Positions 50,110-60,303 of a stretch of DNA of 64,000 bases are shown here, in pieces; positions within the stretch are counted from its first letter, which is position 1; every line of letters begins with the position of its first letter. The notes under the pieces are model-generated. The model did no database searches, was not told the origin of the DNA, and saw only the letters and a program-made list of their open reading frames with translations. Source of the stretch: Nannocystales bacterium (lineage in GTDB: Bacteria > Myxococcota_A > Polyangia > Nannocystales > Nannocystaceae); NCBI GenBank assembly GCA_050633305.1, contig JBOEGF010000023.1:128001-192000 (forward strand). Direction: 5' to 3'. A program made the position numbers and the translations under genes.

Positions 50110-50919
50110 CTACTGCGGGCCCCGAAACAGGGGCCACAGCAGCTCATTTTTCCAAGAGCGCGGGGACTCGTCCTCGACCCCGTACTCCTTCGGGTACGCC
50201 CGTGTGATCCGGGCGGTGCCAAAGACCACGTCCCACAAGAAGAGCAAGTTGCCGTAGTTGCCCGCGTAGTGTGTGGCCGGGTCGGCCGCATGCCGACCGT
50301 GGTGAGCGTTGTGCGTCGCGGGCGTCGAAATCAGCCGCTCGAGAATCCACATCAGCTTCGCGCCAAGCTTGTTGCGATACATCGGCTCGTCCCAGCGAAC
50401 GCTGGAGTGCGCACCAACGATCACGGCCATCTTGACCACCAGGTACACGGCGTACACGGGACCAAACCCAAGGTAGATGAGCCCCGCCGAAAGCCACAGC
50501 CCAGGCATGAGCCAGTAGTAGAAGACGTTGTTGCGGTAGACGATGCGGACGCTCATGTAGCCCGCGGTGTGGTGCGCCCGATGCAGGTGGAACAGCCACG
50601 GCACACTGTGGTTGGCCCGATGCCACCAGTACTGCGTCATGTCGTCGGCCACCAGAAGCACACCGAGCATCGCCCACCACGGCCACCAACCCCACGCGTC
50701 GCGCAGCTGCGGCACTGCGGCGAACGCGGCGACATCGACCAGCCAGATGATGCACGGCACCGTAAAGGCCATGATGCTGACCGACGAGACGACCTCGATC
50801 ACGAGGTCCCGCGGCCGCGTCTGACCATTGATGAAGCGCCCCCGAACCAGCTCGAGCAGCGCGAAGACGACGAAGATCGCTGCGATGACCAGCTTGGAGT
50901 CGAACGCTTGAGCGCTCAC
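50110..50919 (-). CDS. Sterol desaturase / fatty-acid hydroxylase family protein
   Basis: YWWHRANH, HRAHH, HNAHH, GNYG His boxes; GTGA overlap with ctpA. Confidence 0.9.
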   Translation of the reverse strand: MSAQAFDSKLVIAAIFVVFALLELVRGRFINGQTRPRDLVIEVVSSVSIMAFTVPCIIWLVDVAAFAAVPQLRDAWGWWPWWAMLGVLLVADDMTQYWWHRANHSVPWLFHLHRAHHTAGYMSVRIVYRNNVFYYWLMPGLWLSAGLIYLGFGPVYAVYLVVKMAVIVGAHSSVRWDEPMYRNKLGAKLMWILERLISTPATHNAHHGRHAADPATHYAGNYGNLLFLWDVVFGTARITRAYPKEYGVEDESPRSWKNELLWPLFRGPQ

Positions 50920-52307
50920 CGACCGTCCTGGGCGGTCACCCGCTCCCATGCCTTGAGGTGCTGGACCGCCCGACGGAGTTGCACATCGTCGGCCGCCGCG
51001 ATTTCCGCCTTGGATGCGCTCGCCAGCGACGGGGAATCGCGCCCAAAGTCTTCGGGCTCGAGATGCCGCGGGCTCTCACGCTCGGGACGGATCTCGGGCC
51101 GCGAATCGAGGTCGACCTTGGCGCCGGGTTCGGCGGCGCCCACAAATACGTCGGGCATGATCCCGCTGGCTTGAATCAGGCGGTCGTCGGGCGTGTAGTA
51201 CAGCGCGGTCGTCAGCTTGAGCAAGCTGCCGTCGCTGAGCTCAAACGGCGCCTGCACGGACCCCTTGCCGTAGGTGCGCTCGCCGATGATGAGCGCCCGC
51301 TGGTGGTCTTGCAGGGCACCCGCGACGATTTCGGATGCCGAGGCGCTGCCCTTGTTGACGAGCACGACCAGCGGGATGGGGTCGAGCGTCGTCACCCGCC
51401 GGGCACGAGCCTCATCCAACACCACCCCTCGACGACCGCGGGTCCGGACGATCGCCCCTTCGGCGACGAACAGATCCACGATGCGAATGGCCTCGTCGAG
51501 TAACCCCCCCCCGTTGTCACGCAGGTCGAGAACCAATCCACGCAGCCCCGCCTCACCGGCTTCTTTTTGAAGCGCCAACACACCGTCCTTGACGTCGGCG
51601 GCCGCGTCCTCGGGAAAATCCCGAAGTCGCAGCACTCCGATGCCCTCGCCGAGAGAACGAACCTCGACCGGCGGGGTGTCGATGATTGCACGCGCCAGCT
51701 CGACGGTTCGTTTTACGCCGCGCACGGGGTCCTCGACGGTGAGGTCCACGGTTGTTCCGGGCTCCCCACGAATGACCGTGATCGCGCGCTGCAGGTCGAC
51801 AAACTGCGCGATGGACTGCCCGTTGATCGCGAGCACCCGATGACCGGGCGTGATGTTGGCCTTGTCGGCGGGGCCGCCGGGGATCACATCGCGAACATCG
51901 AGGAACCGCTCCCCGTTGCTCTCTCGTCCCAGCACCACCACCATCCCGATGCCTCCGAATGCACCTTCGATGTCTTCACGCAGGAGTTTGGCATCTTGAG
52001 GAGGCAGGAACGATGTGTGGGGATCGAGCTCAGAGACAAGTCCCCGCAACGCAGCGTAGACGATGGCTTGGTCGTCGACGGGCCGCACGTAGTACTGCTC
52101 GATGATCGACAGCGCGCGGGCGAACATGTCGAGCTTCGCGTACCGCGAGTAGCTCGGCGGGGCAGCGGTGGGCTCTGGGTCGGACGCGACTGCGGTGTTT
52201 CCGGCCGCGCCCACGACGACGCCGATGGCCAACATGCTGGCGCCGAACGCTACGCTACGAAGTCGAGAGCTCACGGCCACGAGTGTAGCGTCAGATCGCG
52301 CGCCCAT
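50916..52307 (-). CDS. ctpA: S41 carboxyl-terminal processing protease
   Basis: LDPHT, FGGIG (PDZ), DLRDNGGG, SASASEI, TYGKGSVQ. Confidence 0.95.
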   Translation of the reverse strand: MGARSDATLVAVSSRLRSVAFGASMLAIGVVVGAAGNTAVASDPEPTAAPPSYSRYAKLDMFARALSIIEQYYVRPVDDQAIVYAALRGLVSELDPHTSFLPPQDAKLLREDIEGAFGGIGMVVVLGRESNGERFLDVRDVIPGGPADKANITPGHRVLAINGQSIAQFVDLQRAITVIRGEPGTTVDLTVEDPVRGVKRTVELARAIIDTPPVEVRSLGEGIGVLRLRDFPEDAAADVKDGVLALQKEAGEAGLRGLVLDLRDNGGGLLDEAIRIVDLFVAEGAIVRTRGRRGVVLDEARARRVTTLDPIPLVVLVNKGSASASEIVAGALQDHQRALIIGERTYGKGSVQAPFELSDGSLLKLTTALYYTPDDRLIQASGIMPDVFVGAAEPGAKVDLDSRPEIRPERESPRHLEPEDFGRDSPSLASASKAEIAAADDVQLRRAVQHLKAWERVTAQDGR

Positions 52308-52509
52308 GCGCGAGGCAGTGGCCGTTTTTGCGGACAGCGGTCCTTCCCAAGGACGTACGGCACAGCACCTCAGACGGCCCACATTTTTCCGGGACGCTCA
52401 TGCCGAACGCGGTGGCGGTTTTCGGGTGCGCCGGCTCCAACCCGGCCCTAGGCTTCACACGTCCCCCTGCCCGCCCGATGTCTCGGGGAGCGGCGGAATC
52501 TGTGGTGCC

Positions 52510-53637
52510 ATGAACCCCGTCGCCCTCGCCATTCCGGCTTTCCTGCTCCTGATCGCGGTTGAGGCGCTGATCGGGCGGGTCCGTGGGCGCCGGGTGTACC
52601 GGTTCAACGACACTGTCGCCAATCTCGGCATCGGGATCTCCAACCAGGTCCTCAGCTCGCTCTTCACAGAGGCGCTGCGGACGGCGGCCTACGTCTGGAT
52701 CTACCTGGAGTGCCGCGTCTGGGACTTCGAAACGCTAGGGATTCCCACCGCGCTTCAGTGGGCGCTCGGATTCCTGGGAGTCGATTTTCTCTTCTACTGG
52801 TGGCATCGCGCGAACCACCGGGTCGGCCTGCTCTGGGCAGCCCATGTCGTGCACCACCATGGGGAAGACTTCAACCTGGCGGTCGCGCTTCGCCAACCGT
52901 GGATCATCCGAACCACCGCGCTCCCCTTGTTCCTCCTCCTCGGGGTCGCCGGCGTGCCTCCGCACATCTACCTGATGTCGATCGCGTTGAGCAGCCTGTA
53001 TCAGTTCTGGATCCACACCGAACTCGTCGGCCGACTCGGGCCGCTGGAATGGGTCCTCAACACGCCCTCGCACCACCGAGTCCACCACGCGATCAATCCC
53101 GAGTACCTCGACCGAAACTACGGCGGCGTCTTCATCGTTTGGGACCGAGCGTTCGGCACCTTCGCAGCGGAGCGAAGCCAGCCGGTCTACGGCACGATCG
53201 CCCAAGTTCGCAGCTTCAATCCGTTGTGGCTCAACGTCTACTACTTCGCCGAACTTGCCCGACGAAGCTGGAGCCTACCGCTGTGGCGGGACAAGCTGCG
53301 GCTCTGGTTCGCTCCGCCGGGTTGGACGCTCGAAGCGCCCGCGCCGACGCTATCCGCCGAACAGATCCGCTCGCGTGCGGCCCATAAGTACTCCGAGGAC
53401 TGCACGGGATCTCGGGTGAAGGCGTACGTTTTTGTGCAACTCCTGGTGTCCGTTGGAGTCGTCGCGACGCTACTCCTGTCGTTCGAAGAACTCTCCGCAG
53501 GGGTTGTCGGGCTCGCCGGATCCTGGGTTCTGCTCGCAACCATCGTCTGGGGCGGACTGTTCGAAGGAAAGCGTTGGGCGTGGCCGCTCGAAGTCGCACG
53601 TGTGCTTGCTGCGGCAGGGGTCCTACTCATGCGGTGA
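52510..53637 (+). CDS. Sterol desaturase family, alkylglycerol monooxygenase-like
   Basis: YWWHRANH, HVVHH, YQFWIHTE, TPSHHRVHH, DRNYGG, plus an AGMO-like C-terminal extension (PPGW). Confidence 0.88.
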   Translation: MNPVALAIPAFLLLIAVEALIGRVRGRRVYRFNDTVANLGIGISNQVLSSLFTEALRTAAYVWIYLECRVWDFETLGIPTALQWALGFLGVDFLFYWWHRANHRVGLLWAAHVVHHHGEDFNLAVALRQPWIIRTTALPLFLLLGVAGVPPHIYLMSIALSSLYQFWIHTELVGRLGPLEWVLNTPSHHRVHHAINPEYLDRNYGGVFIVWDRAFGTFAAERSQPVYGTIAQVRSFNPLWLNVYYFAELARRSWSLPLWRDKLRLWFAPPGWTLEAPAPTLSAEQIRSRAAHKYSEDCTGSRVKAYVFVQLLVSVGVVATLLLSFEELSAGVVGLAGSWVLLATIVWGGLFEGKRWAWPLEVARVLAAAGVLLMR

Positions 53638-53981
53638 TTCAGCAACGCGCCGACTCGGAGCGACTCGAGCAGGCCCGGCACGACAAGGCTCACCGCAACG
53701 GGCGGCCGCTGGGCCTAGGGCAACCAAGTCGCCCGCCAGTGGCCCACTCGGCGAGCGGGATGTCGGCCAAGGGCCCGGAACTGGGGCGGTGAGCAAGCGG
53801 GCCGCGGTGCGCAGAGGCACCAGCGATGGCTCGCTGTCACGCACGAGCGCGGTGCGTCCCCTGCAGAACCCAAGGCCGCGATGCGCTCGCCCTCGCACGA
53901 GAAAACGAGTCACGCGCTCAAAAAGGAGGCGCTGGCTGCAAACGAGAAGACCTCGTGCATCTACCTCTGACGGAACCCGTC

Positions 53982-54302
53982 ATGCAGACTCGAATGCTCC
54001 TGACCAGTGTCCTTTTCACGCTCATCGCGTGCGACACCTCCAACCCCCCTGAACTCAACGAAGCCGTCAAGGGAGCCGCGGATACGTACTGCGCGTGCGT
54101 CAAGAAAAACGTGAGCATGCCTCGCGGTGAGGCGAAATCCGCCGGGAGTGGGGGTCGACCGTGTGCCGGGGAGTCGGACGCGTTCGGGACCGCGTGGGAA
54201 GCCCTCCCAGAGAAAGGGAACGACCCGAAGTCCGACGCGCTGTGGAAACAAAAAGACGTCTGCGCAAGAGAGCTGAGCAACTTGGAACTCCCGCCCCAGT
54301 AG
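53982..54302 (+). CDS. Small Cys-containing lipoprotein
   Basis: Lipobox TLIAC; YCACV motif. Confidence 0.7.
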   Translation: MQTRMLLTSVLFTLIACDTSNPPELNEAVKGAADTYCACVKKNVSMPRGEAKSAGSGGRPCAGESDAFGTAWEALPEKGNDPKSDALWKQKDVCARELSNLELPPQ

Positions 54303-54317
54303 CAAACTCTGCTCGGC

Positions 54318-54357
54318 CTTCTTCTTCTTCTTCTTCTTCTTCTTCTTCTTCTTCTTC
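54318..54357. repeat. (CTT)13 trinucleotide microsatellite
   Basis: 13 perfect CTT units just after the lipoprotein stop codon. Confidence 0.97.
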
Positions 54358-54671
54358 GAGGCGGGAAGCGAGATGTCGTCTTTCCCCTCGGTACGTATCT
54401 GATGGTCCAGCGCTTCGGCGTGGTCGTTGACATTGCAAAAAGCTGAGCCCTCGCGGTTTCAGGCGCAGCAGGCGAGCCTAGTGCTCGTCCGGGCGTGCTG
54501 GTTTCTCGTCGAGCGTGGCCCGCAAAACGCAACGCCGGCCCCCGGTTGCGCTCCCCGGGCACCGATGCGCTCGTCGTGCCAGACAACTCTTCACCCGGCA
54601 GACCGCCGATCGGCCGCCCGCCCCGGTCAATGACCCTGGGTCGGGGAGCGAGGGGAGCGAGGGCCAGATCC

Positions 54672-55469
54672 TCAGGTGCGGATCGCAGGGTCTACATCCA
54701 CGCCGACCGGGCAGTGGTCCGAGCCCATCACTCGCGGATAGATCATCGCGTTCCTCACGAAGCGCATCGCTGCGGGGGAGGCGAGCACGTAGTCGATACG
54801 CCAGCCGATGTTGCGCGCCCGCACGTCCCCGCGCGTGCTCCACCACGTGTAGTGGCCGGGGCCTGGCTCGAAGGCGCGAAAGGTGTCGACCCAACCGGCG
54901 TCGATCCATCGCGCAAGTTCGGCGACCTCCTCCGGCAGCCAGCCCGAGGTGTGCTTGTTGCCCTTGGGTCGCGCCAGATCGCTCGGCGCCCGTGCGGTGT
55001 TGAAGTCGCCCATCACGAGCACGCGTTGGCCAGCCTTTCGGCGGCGCTGCACCGCATCGAAGACGTACCGGTAGAAGTCGAGCTTGTAGGGCACGCGATC
55101 GTTGCTGCGATCCTTTCCGTTGCCGTTGGGGAAATAGACATTCGCGATCGCCAGCCGTCCCCACCGGGCGATGATCACCCGACCTTCACAATCGAAGCGC
55201 GGCTCGCCCAACGGGCCCACCACCTCATCGGGCTCAACCCCGGACCAGATCCCCACGCCGCTGTACCCCGGGCGCTCCGCGGCGACATAGCGCGCGACGA
55301 ACCCCCGCGGGTGGTGCAGCGCCCGCGTCATTTGCTCGACGCGCGCCCGTATTTCTTGGATGGCGAAGATGTCCGGCGACAATCCCCGCAGCTTTCGGCG
55401 CAGCCCCTTGCGCGCCGCCGCTCGCAACCCTCCCACGTTCCACGAGATGATCCGAAGCGGGTCGGTCAC
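54672..55469 (-). CDS. xth: Exodeoxyribonuclease III
   Basis: ISWNV.G, QE, GYSGV, YFPNG, GDFN, YTWWS, GWRIDY, SDHCP. Confidence 0.96.
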   Translation of the reverse strand: MTDPLRIISWNVGGLRAAARKGLRRKLRGLSPDIFAIQEIRARVEQMTRALHHPRGFVARYVAAERPGYSGVGIWSGVEPDEVVGPLGEPRFDCEGRVIIARWGRLAIANVYFPNGNGKDRSNDRVPYKLDFYRYVFDAVQRRRKAGQRVLVMGDFNTARAPSDLARPKGNKHTSGWLPEEVAELARWIDAGWVDTFRAFEPGPGHYTWWSTRGDVRARNIGWRIDYVLASPAAMRFVRNAMIYPRVMGSDHCPVGVDVDPAIRT

Positions 55470-55735
55470 GGTGCCGCATTGTAGCGGACCGCTCAGAGGA
55501 CTGGACTGCGGTAGGAACCTCGACCTCCACCGAAACACACCCCCGCCCCCTCGCAGCGTCCTCGACAAGACGCAGAGGAGACTCCCCTATAACCGGGCTC
55601 GATGCTCCCGCAAGGTTGCGAGAGGCGTGTTGAGAGGTGGCACGCGGAGCGTACCGACGAGCCGGCACCGTGCGGTAGCCCCGAGCTGTTCATGTCGAAG
55701 TGAGAGTCGAGGCCGACGCGAACATCGGGCGGAAT

Positions 55736-56179
55736 CTACAGCGTTGCAACTTCGAACGCGGCCCGCATCGCCTCGGGAATCTTGGTGGGGCGTCCTTGGG
55801 CAAACGAAACGAACGCCCAGGTGGTCGCGGCACGGCACACGACTTGCGCGTCGGCAACCCGCACGAGCTCGGTCTTGCGAACGCACGAGACACGCTTCCA
55901 CGAATCGACCCATGTCGAGACCGCCAACGCCTCGCCGAGCAGGGTCGCGCGAGCGTAGTCGATCTCGTGCCGACGGACGACCCACACCGCACCGAGGCGA
56001 CGGTACTCGGCGGCCCCCCACCCCAGCGCATCCGAATGGGACAGCGCGGCCTGGAGAATCCAGCGTAGGTAGACCAGGTTGGAGACGTGCTCCAGCTCGT
56101 CGATGTCGCCAACGGCCGGGCAAACCTCAATTCGGTGGCGGCCCAACGGAGGTGAGTTCGACGGTCGGTCGGTGTCCAC
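55736..56179 (-). CDS. Acyl-CoA thioesterase (4HBT/YbgC family)
   Basis: DIDELEHVSNLVYLRW, VVRRHEIDY, GRPTKIP. Confidence 0.9.
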   Translation of the reverse strand: MDTDRPSNSPPLGRHRIEVCPAVGDIDELEHVSNLVYLRWILQAALSHSDALGWGAAEYRRLGAVWVVRRHEIDYARATLLGEALAVSTWVDSWKRVSCVRKTELVRVADAQVVCRAATTWAFVSFAQGRPTKIPEAMRAAFEVATL

Positions 56180-56658
56180 GGCGCAACGTTGATACCCCGC
56201 CGCAACGTGCGTGACCAGCACGGCACGCATCCCGCCCTCGCGGCCGAAGGCTGTCTTTTGCTGCACGCGCAGACATTCCAGAACTCGGGGTCGATGAGGA
56301 ACGAACGCTCGTCCTAAGGCGCCGACTTGATCTCGAGGCCGCGATCGCGGACGTCGAGCGGGACGGACTCCCCACACCCCAGATGGCACTCGAGAGCTCG
56401 CGGTCGTGGGTTCCCTCTGTCAACACTTGGCCGCGCGGAGTGTCCCACCCGGAGGCGAGTCTTTGGTGACGTAAGGCCGAGCAGGCCAGAGCGTGTTGTG
56501 GTGCGCCACCGAAACACGAGCCATGTCCCGACCGCCATGCGATGCTGGACCAGCACTTTTTGATGGGAGAACGAGACGCCGATGGCACGAAGTCTGGGCC
56601 GCCAAGCCGACGCGACAACAGCCGCAGTACGCCGCGTCGGGCCCGGGCCCGGTAGGCG

Positions 56659-57978
56659 ATGATCGCGGCGGTGGTCGTGATCGGGAGCTGTCGGGCCGGC
56701 GCGCTCAACAGCGCGCCGCAGCGCCGACCGCCCTCGGCTACCGAGTCCGTCGAGCCCTCAGAAACGCATTTTTCCGCCTCCCCGGTCCAGCCGGAGTACC
56801 AACCTCCCGAGCCGATGGTGTGGATGGACGTCCCCCTGCCGTATTCGCCCGACGCTGTCGTGGTGCGGCCGGTTGTGGACCGCTATCAGGTGGTGTTTTT
56901 TCCGGACGAGGCTGCCGCGGTGCGTCGCAGCGTCGCGAAAGAGCTGCAGCGGTTGGGCTACGAGGTGGTGCCGATCCCAGAGCTGGAGCGAATCGAATCG
57001 GCCGCCGCGCGGGGGCGACTGACGCTGGAGGACGAGCGCGAATGCCAGGTGCCCCTCACGCCGTCCGAGGTCCGAGCGCGATACTTCGATTCGTTTCCCC
57101 AGGCCCATGTCTACGCGGAATGTACGGTGATGCCCGACTCGCAGCCCACGGACGCGCCGGAGTGCCGACTGTCGGTTTTGGTCGGGCGAGACGGGGTCTT
57201 CCCCCAGTTCGTGAGTGCGCCGATTCGTGATGTCCACGATCCGGAGGCGTGGACTCGGGCACCCTTGTCGCGAGAAGGGGAGAGTGTGCCCGGGGGCGTG
57301 CCCTGGGGAGTCGAAGGAACTCCGGCGGTCGGCCTGATCGTCAGCCGGGTCATCGCAGTGGGTCCGTGGAAGCGGTCTCCGGGCGGAAGGACCGCAGACG
57401 CGCTTGGCGAGGGTGGATCGCGATGCCTCCATCCAGATCCCCGAATGTCGCTGCACTGGCAGGTGTCGGCGGCGATCGACAAACGAGGGGCTGTGGAGCG
57501 ATGCACAGCCCGCAGTTCCGGGCTAGGCGCTCGTGCGGAAGACGGAGACTGTCTGTGCCAGCAACTAGAGGCGGTGAACCTGGGGCGAGGCCGACCGGGC
57601 AGACGGCTTCGGGCGAGCGCATGGGACCCCGGACTGACCTCGATTCGTTGGCGGCGACTCGAACCGATCCAGCCGGGCACGCGAGCTTGGATTCGGCGGA
57701 TTTCGGAATCCCCCGAGGTGCTCGCTTGCATGCACGGGGCCCACGAAAAGCAAGGACGGTGGTCCGGCGGCGTGCACGTCGTGACACAGACGGAGTCCAA
57801 GGAGTTCGTGATGAACCGTCGGCGGGCTGGCGTGACGTTGGTCGTTGGCGTGCTCGTTTGGGCCCTGGGGGTGCGGTTTGGCGCAGCACCATCGCGTGCT
57901 GCGGAACGTCGCCGAGCAGCTGGCCATCTGGTACATGCTGGCACCGACGAGGTCGCCCAGTCGCGGCGCTGGCTGTAG
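56659..57978 (+). CDS. Hypothetical exported protein; C-terminus possibly chimeric
   Basis: Hydrophobic N-terminus with GSC and Cys pairs; boundaries uncertain. Confidence 0.55.
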   Translation: MIAAVVVIGSCRAGALNSAPQRRPPSATESVEPSETHFSASPVQPEYQPPEPMVWMDVPLPYSPDAVVVRPVVDRYQVVFFPDEAAAVRRSVAKELQRLGYEVVPIPELERIESAAARGRLTLEDERECQVPLTPSEVRARYFDSFPQAHVYAECTVMPDSQPTDAPECRLSVLVGRDGVFPQFVSAPIRDVHDPEAWTRAPLSREGESVPGGVPWGVEGTPAVGLIVSRVIAVGPWKRSPGGRTADALGEGGSRCLHPDPRMSLHWQVSAAIDKRGAVERCTARSSGLGARAEDGDCLCQQLEAVNLGRGRPGRRLRASAWDPGLTSIRWRRLEPIQPGTRAWIRRISESPEVLACMHGAHEKQGRWSGGVHVVTQTESKEFVMNRRRAGVTLVVGVLVWALGVRFGAAPSRAAERRRAAGHLVHAGTDEVAQSRRWL

Positions 57979-58346
57979 AGTTGGTGCGTACGAACCGCGC
58001 GCGAGACTCCGTTCCCCCTGACCTCGGGACACGACTCCCTGATGGTTGACATCCCGGCCGAGCGAACAAGCGGCGCGCAAGAGCTCGTGTTGCGGTCCAC
58101 GAGCCCAGCAGTCGCCTGATGGTCAACGCCAGGCGCAACCGTCCGCGTGGGTCGGCAGCCCAGCCGCATCCCAGCTGCCTGGCCGGAACTCGACAACCCA
58201 GGTTGCCCACAATCTACCGGACCGCCGAACGAGCAGCCAGGTGGGGACCGTACGCGCGGCCTTCCGTGTCCCGCTGAGCAAGCTCGCGCCGTCGACTCGC
58301 GAATCGTTCGCGTCATTGTGCGTCCGCTCGTGGCCTAGGAGAGAGC

Positions 58347-59927
58347 ATGGAAAAACGCTCCCTTTCGCCCCGGCGTCTCTTCATCGTGGGTGCACTCGCG
58401 CTCGGCACATCGGCTTGCGAGGCCCCGTCGGACGAGGACGCCGCGGTCGGTTACGACACAGAAGCGCAATTCACTTCCGACAGCGAAGAAGAGGCCGCGG
58501 AAAGCACCGGCGCCGAGGCCGAACCGCCACAACGACCCTCGCTCGACGCGGTCGTCGACGAAGGACCGACGCCTCTCCCTTCGCCGGATGCCCTCGCGAC
58601 GAAGGTCGAGGCTCAAGCGGCCGGCTCGATCACAGTGGAAGGCAAGGTTTTCTACAACGACCTGCGGTCAGTGGGGAACTTCCACACGCGCCGCGACAAG
58701 TCTGGGGTGGTTGGCACCGGAGCGACCTACGCCGTCGGCGCGGAGAATTTTCTCGCGGCGCGCGATGTCGTCGCCGACTTCTATGAGGTCGACGCGCTCG
58801 TCGGGCCCGGGTGCGAATCAGCGAAATACATCGGGTCTTCCACTGTCAACTCCTGGGGCGAATACAGTGAGACCTTCGACGACGTCGAGACCTGTGCGGG
58901 CGAGGATCAGGTCCCCGACATCAAGGTCACCTATCGACTGCGATTCTGCAACGACATCCGCTGTGTCTCCGTCGAGAAGGACGACCAGACGACGTACAAG
59001 CTCGCGCACCCGCAAGCGTCGCAGGGGAATCCGCTGCAAGCCACTCCCGGGACACATACGCTCAACACGCTCAACTACCGCACGGCGTGGGGGGACGACC
59101 ACTCGATGGCGGCCAACGTCTACGCGAGCATCGTCGACACCACCCGGGTTTGGCACGTCGACGCCGGAGTGCCATTCTACCGCGATACGTACGGCGAAAC
59201 GTTCGTTCGTTTCCCGTCGTCCTTCAAGAGCATCGCGACCACCTCCGGTCCGGGGCAGGTACACATTCCAATGCCAGCGGACTGGATCAGTGGAAAAGGG
59301 CCAATGCACGAGTATGGGCACACCATTCAGTTGCGTTCTTGGGATGGGACCACAGGTACATGCACCGACTACGCACCCAGCGAGAAATACGACCGATTCG
59401 GCGACGACAGCTGGAGCGCCGACGAACGCGAGTGGCCCACCCCGGCATTTGCTGAGGCGTGGGCCAACTATGTGCAACGGATGACGACGGATACGTGCAC
59501 GGGTGGATTCGACGACAACACGTCCAGCCTGCTCTGCAACGCCGATGCCAGCGAGCACCCGGACGCAAACGGTGTCTTGATCACCCACGCTGGCGACGGC
59601 AAGTCCTATCCGCGCAACATCACCAAGGCGTTATGCGACTGGTCCGACGATGGCGCGAACAATGACAACGACCCCAACCTCCCCGGGTCCGGTGACCACT
59701 TCGTCGCCTCGCTCTACTCCACGTGGTTCAACATGCGCAACATGTACCAGACCGCGTCCGACACGAACTGTCTGACGATGTGCGACTACTCGGACTACTA
59801 CGTGAACGTCCGCAAGAGCGCCGCAGCCGTCGGGGCGGCTTCGCACGCCGACTACGAAAGCTGGATCTCGGACCTGATGCACAACAACGGAATGAGCTGC
59901 AGCCTGCCGACTCCGAGCGGCTTTTAG
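58347..59927 (+). CDS. Lipoprotein, putative zinc metalloprotease (gluzincin-like)
   Basis: AGGAG RBS, lipobox GTSAC, HEYGH with downstream AFAEAWANY. Confidence 0.75.
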   Translation: MEKRSLSPRRLFIVGALALGTSACEAPSDEDAAVGYDTEAQFTSDSEEEAAESTGAEAEPPQRPSLDAVVDEGPTPLPSPDALATKVEAQAAGSITVEGKVFYNDLRSVGNFHTRRDKSGVVGTGATYAVGAENFLAARDVVADFYEVDALVGPGCESAKYIGSSTVNSWGEYSETFDDVETCAGEDQVPDIKVTYRLRFCNDIRCVSVEKDDQTTYKLAHPQASQGNPLQATPGTHTLNTLNYRTAWGDDHSMAANVYASIVDTTRVWHVDAGVPFYRDTYGETFVRFPSSFKSIATTSGPGQVHIPMPADWISGKGPMHEYGHTIQLRSWDGTTGTCTDYAPSEKYDRFGDDSWSADEREWPTPAFAEAWANYVQRMTTDTCTGGFDDNTSSLLCNADASEHPDANGVLITHAGDGKSYPRNITKALCDWSDDGANNDNDPNLPGSGDHFVASLYSTWFNMRNMYQTASDTNCLTMCDYSDYYVNVRKSAAAVGAASHADYESWISDLMHNNGMSCSLPTPSGF

Positions 59928-60270
59928 GCGGGTGACCACGCCCGAGCCCTTCGAAGGCTGCTCGGATCCGAGACCCTCCCGGGACGGACTCGTCCCGCCG
60001 TGACGAAGCCCCCGGTGAAATCGGAAAACGATTTCCGATTTCACCAGCGGGCCTTGGAGCACCCGGAGCCTGCGAGGCTCACGGCGCAGCCGCTGCGTGG
60101 ATGCTCCAGGTTCCCATCACGGGTCGGAGGAACCGCCCTGCCCACGGCAAGGGCTCCAACGGTCCACCACGGCGCCGAAGACCTCGGCCTACGTGGGCAG
60201 GCCCGTGGACGCACTCGGTTTCTCGAGGCGCGCCCCAAGAGGCGCGGGCCAGTCCCACTGATTTTGGACT

Positions 60271-60303
60271 TGCTGGTTTTTTAGCACGTGCTAAAAAAAC
60301 TGC
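60271..60303. promoter_or_regulatory. Putative BlaI-type operator containing the palindrome TTTTTTAGCACGTGCTAAAAAA
   Basis: Perfect 22-bp palindrome at 60277-60298 directly before the repressor ATG. Confidence 0.8.

Noticed and set aside
53918..54586. Poly-Arg, poly-Glu or poly-Ser ORFs across the CTT tract
   Set aside because: They overlap the lipoprotein gene and lack coding features; the poly-Lys frame has a stop and no start upstream.
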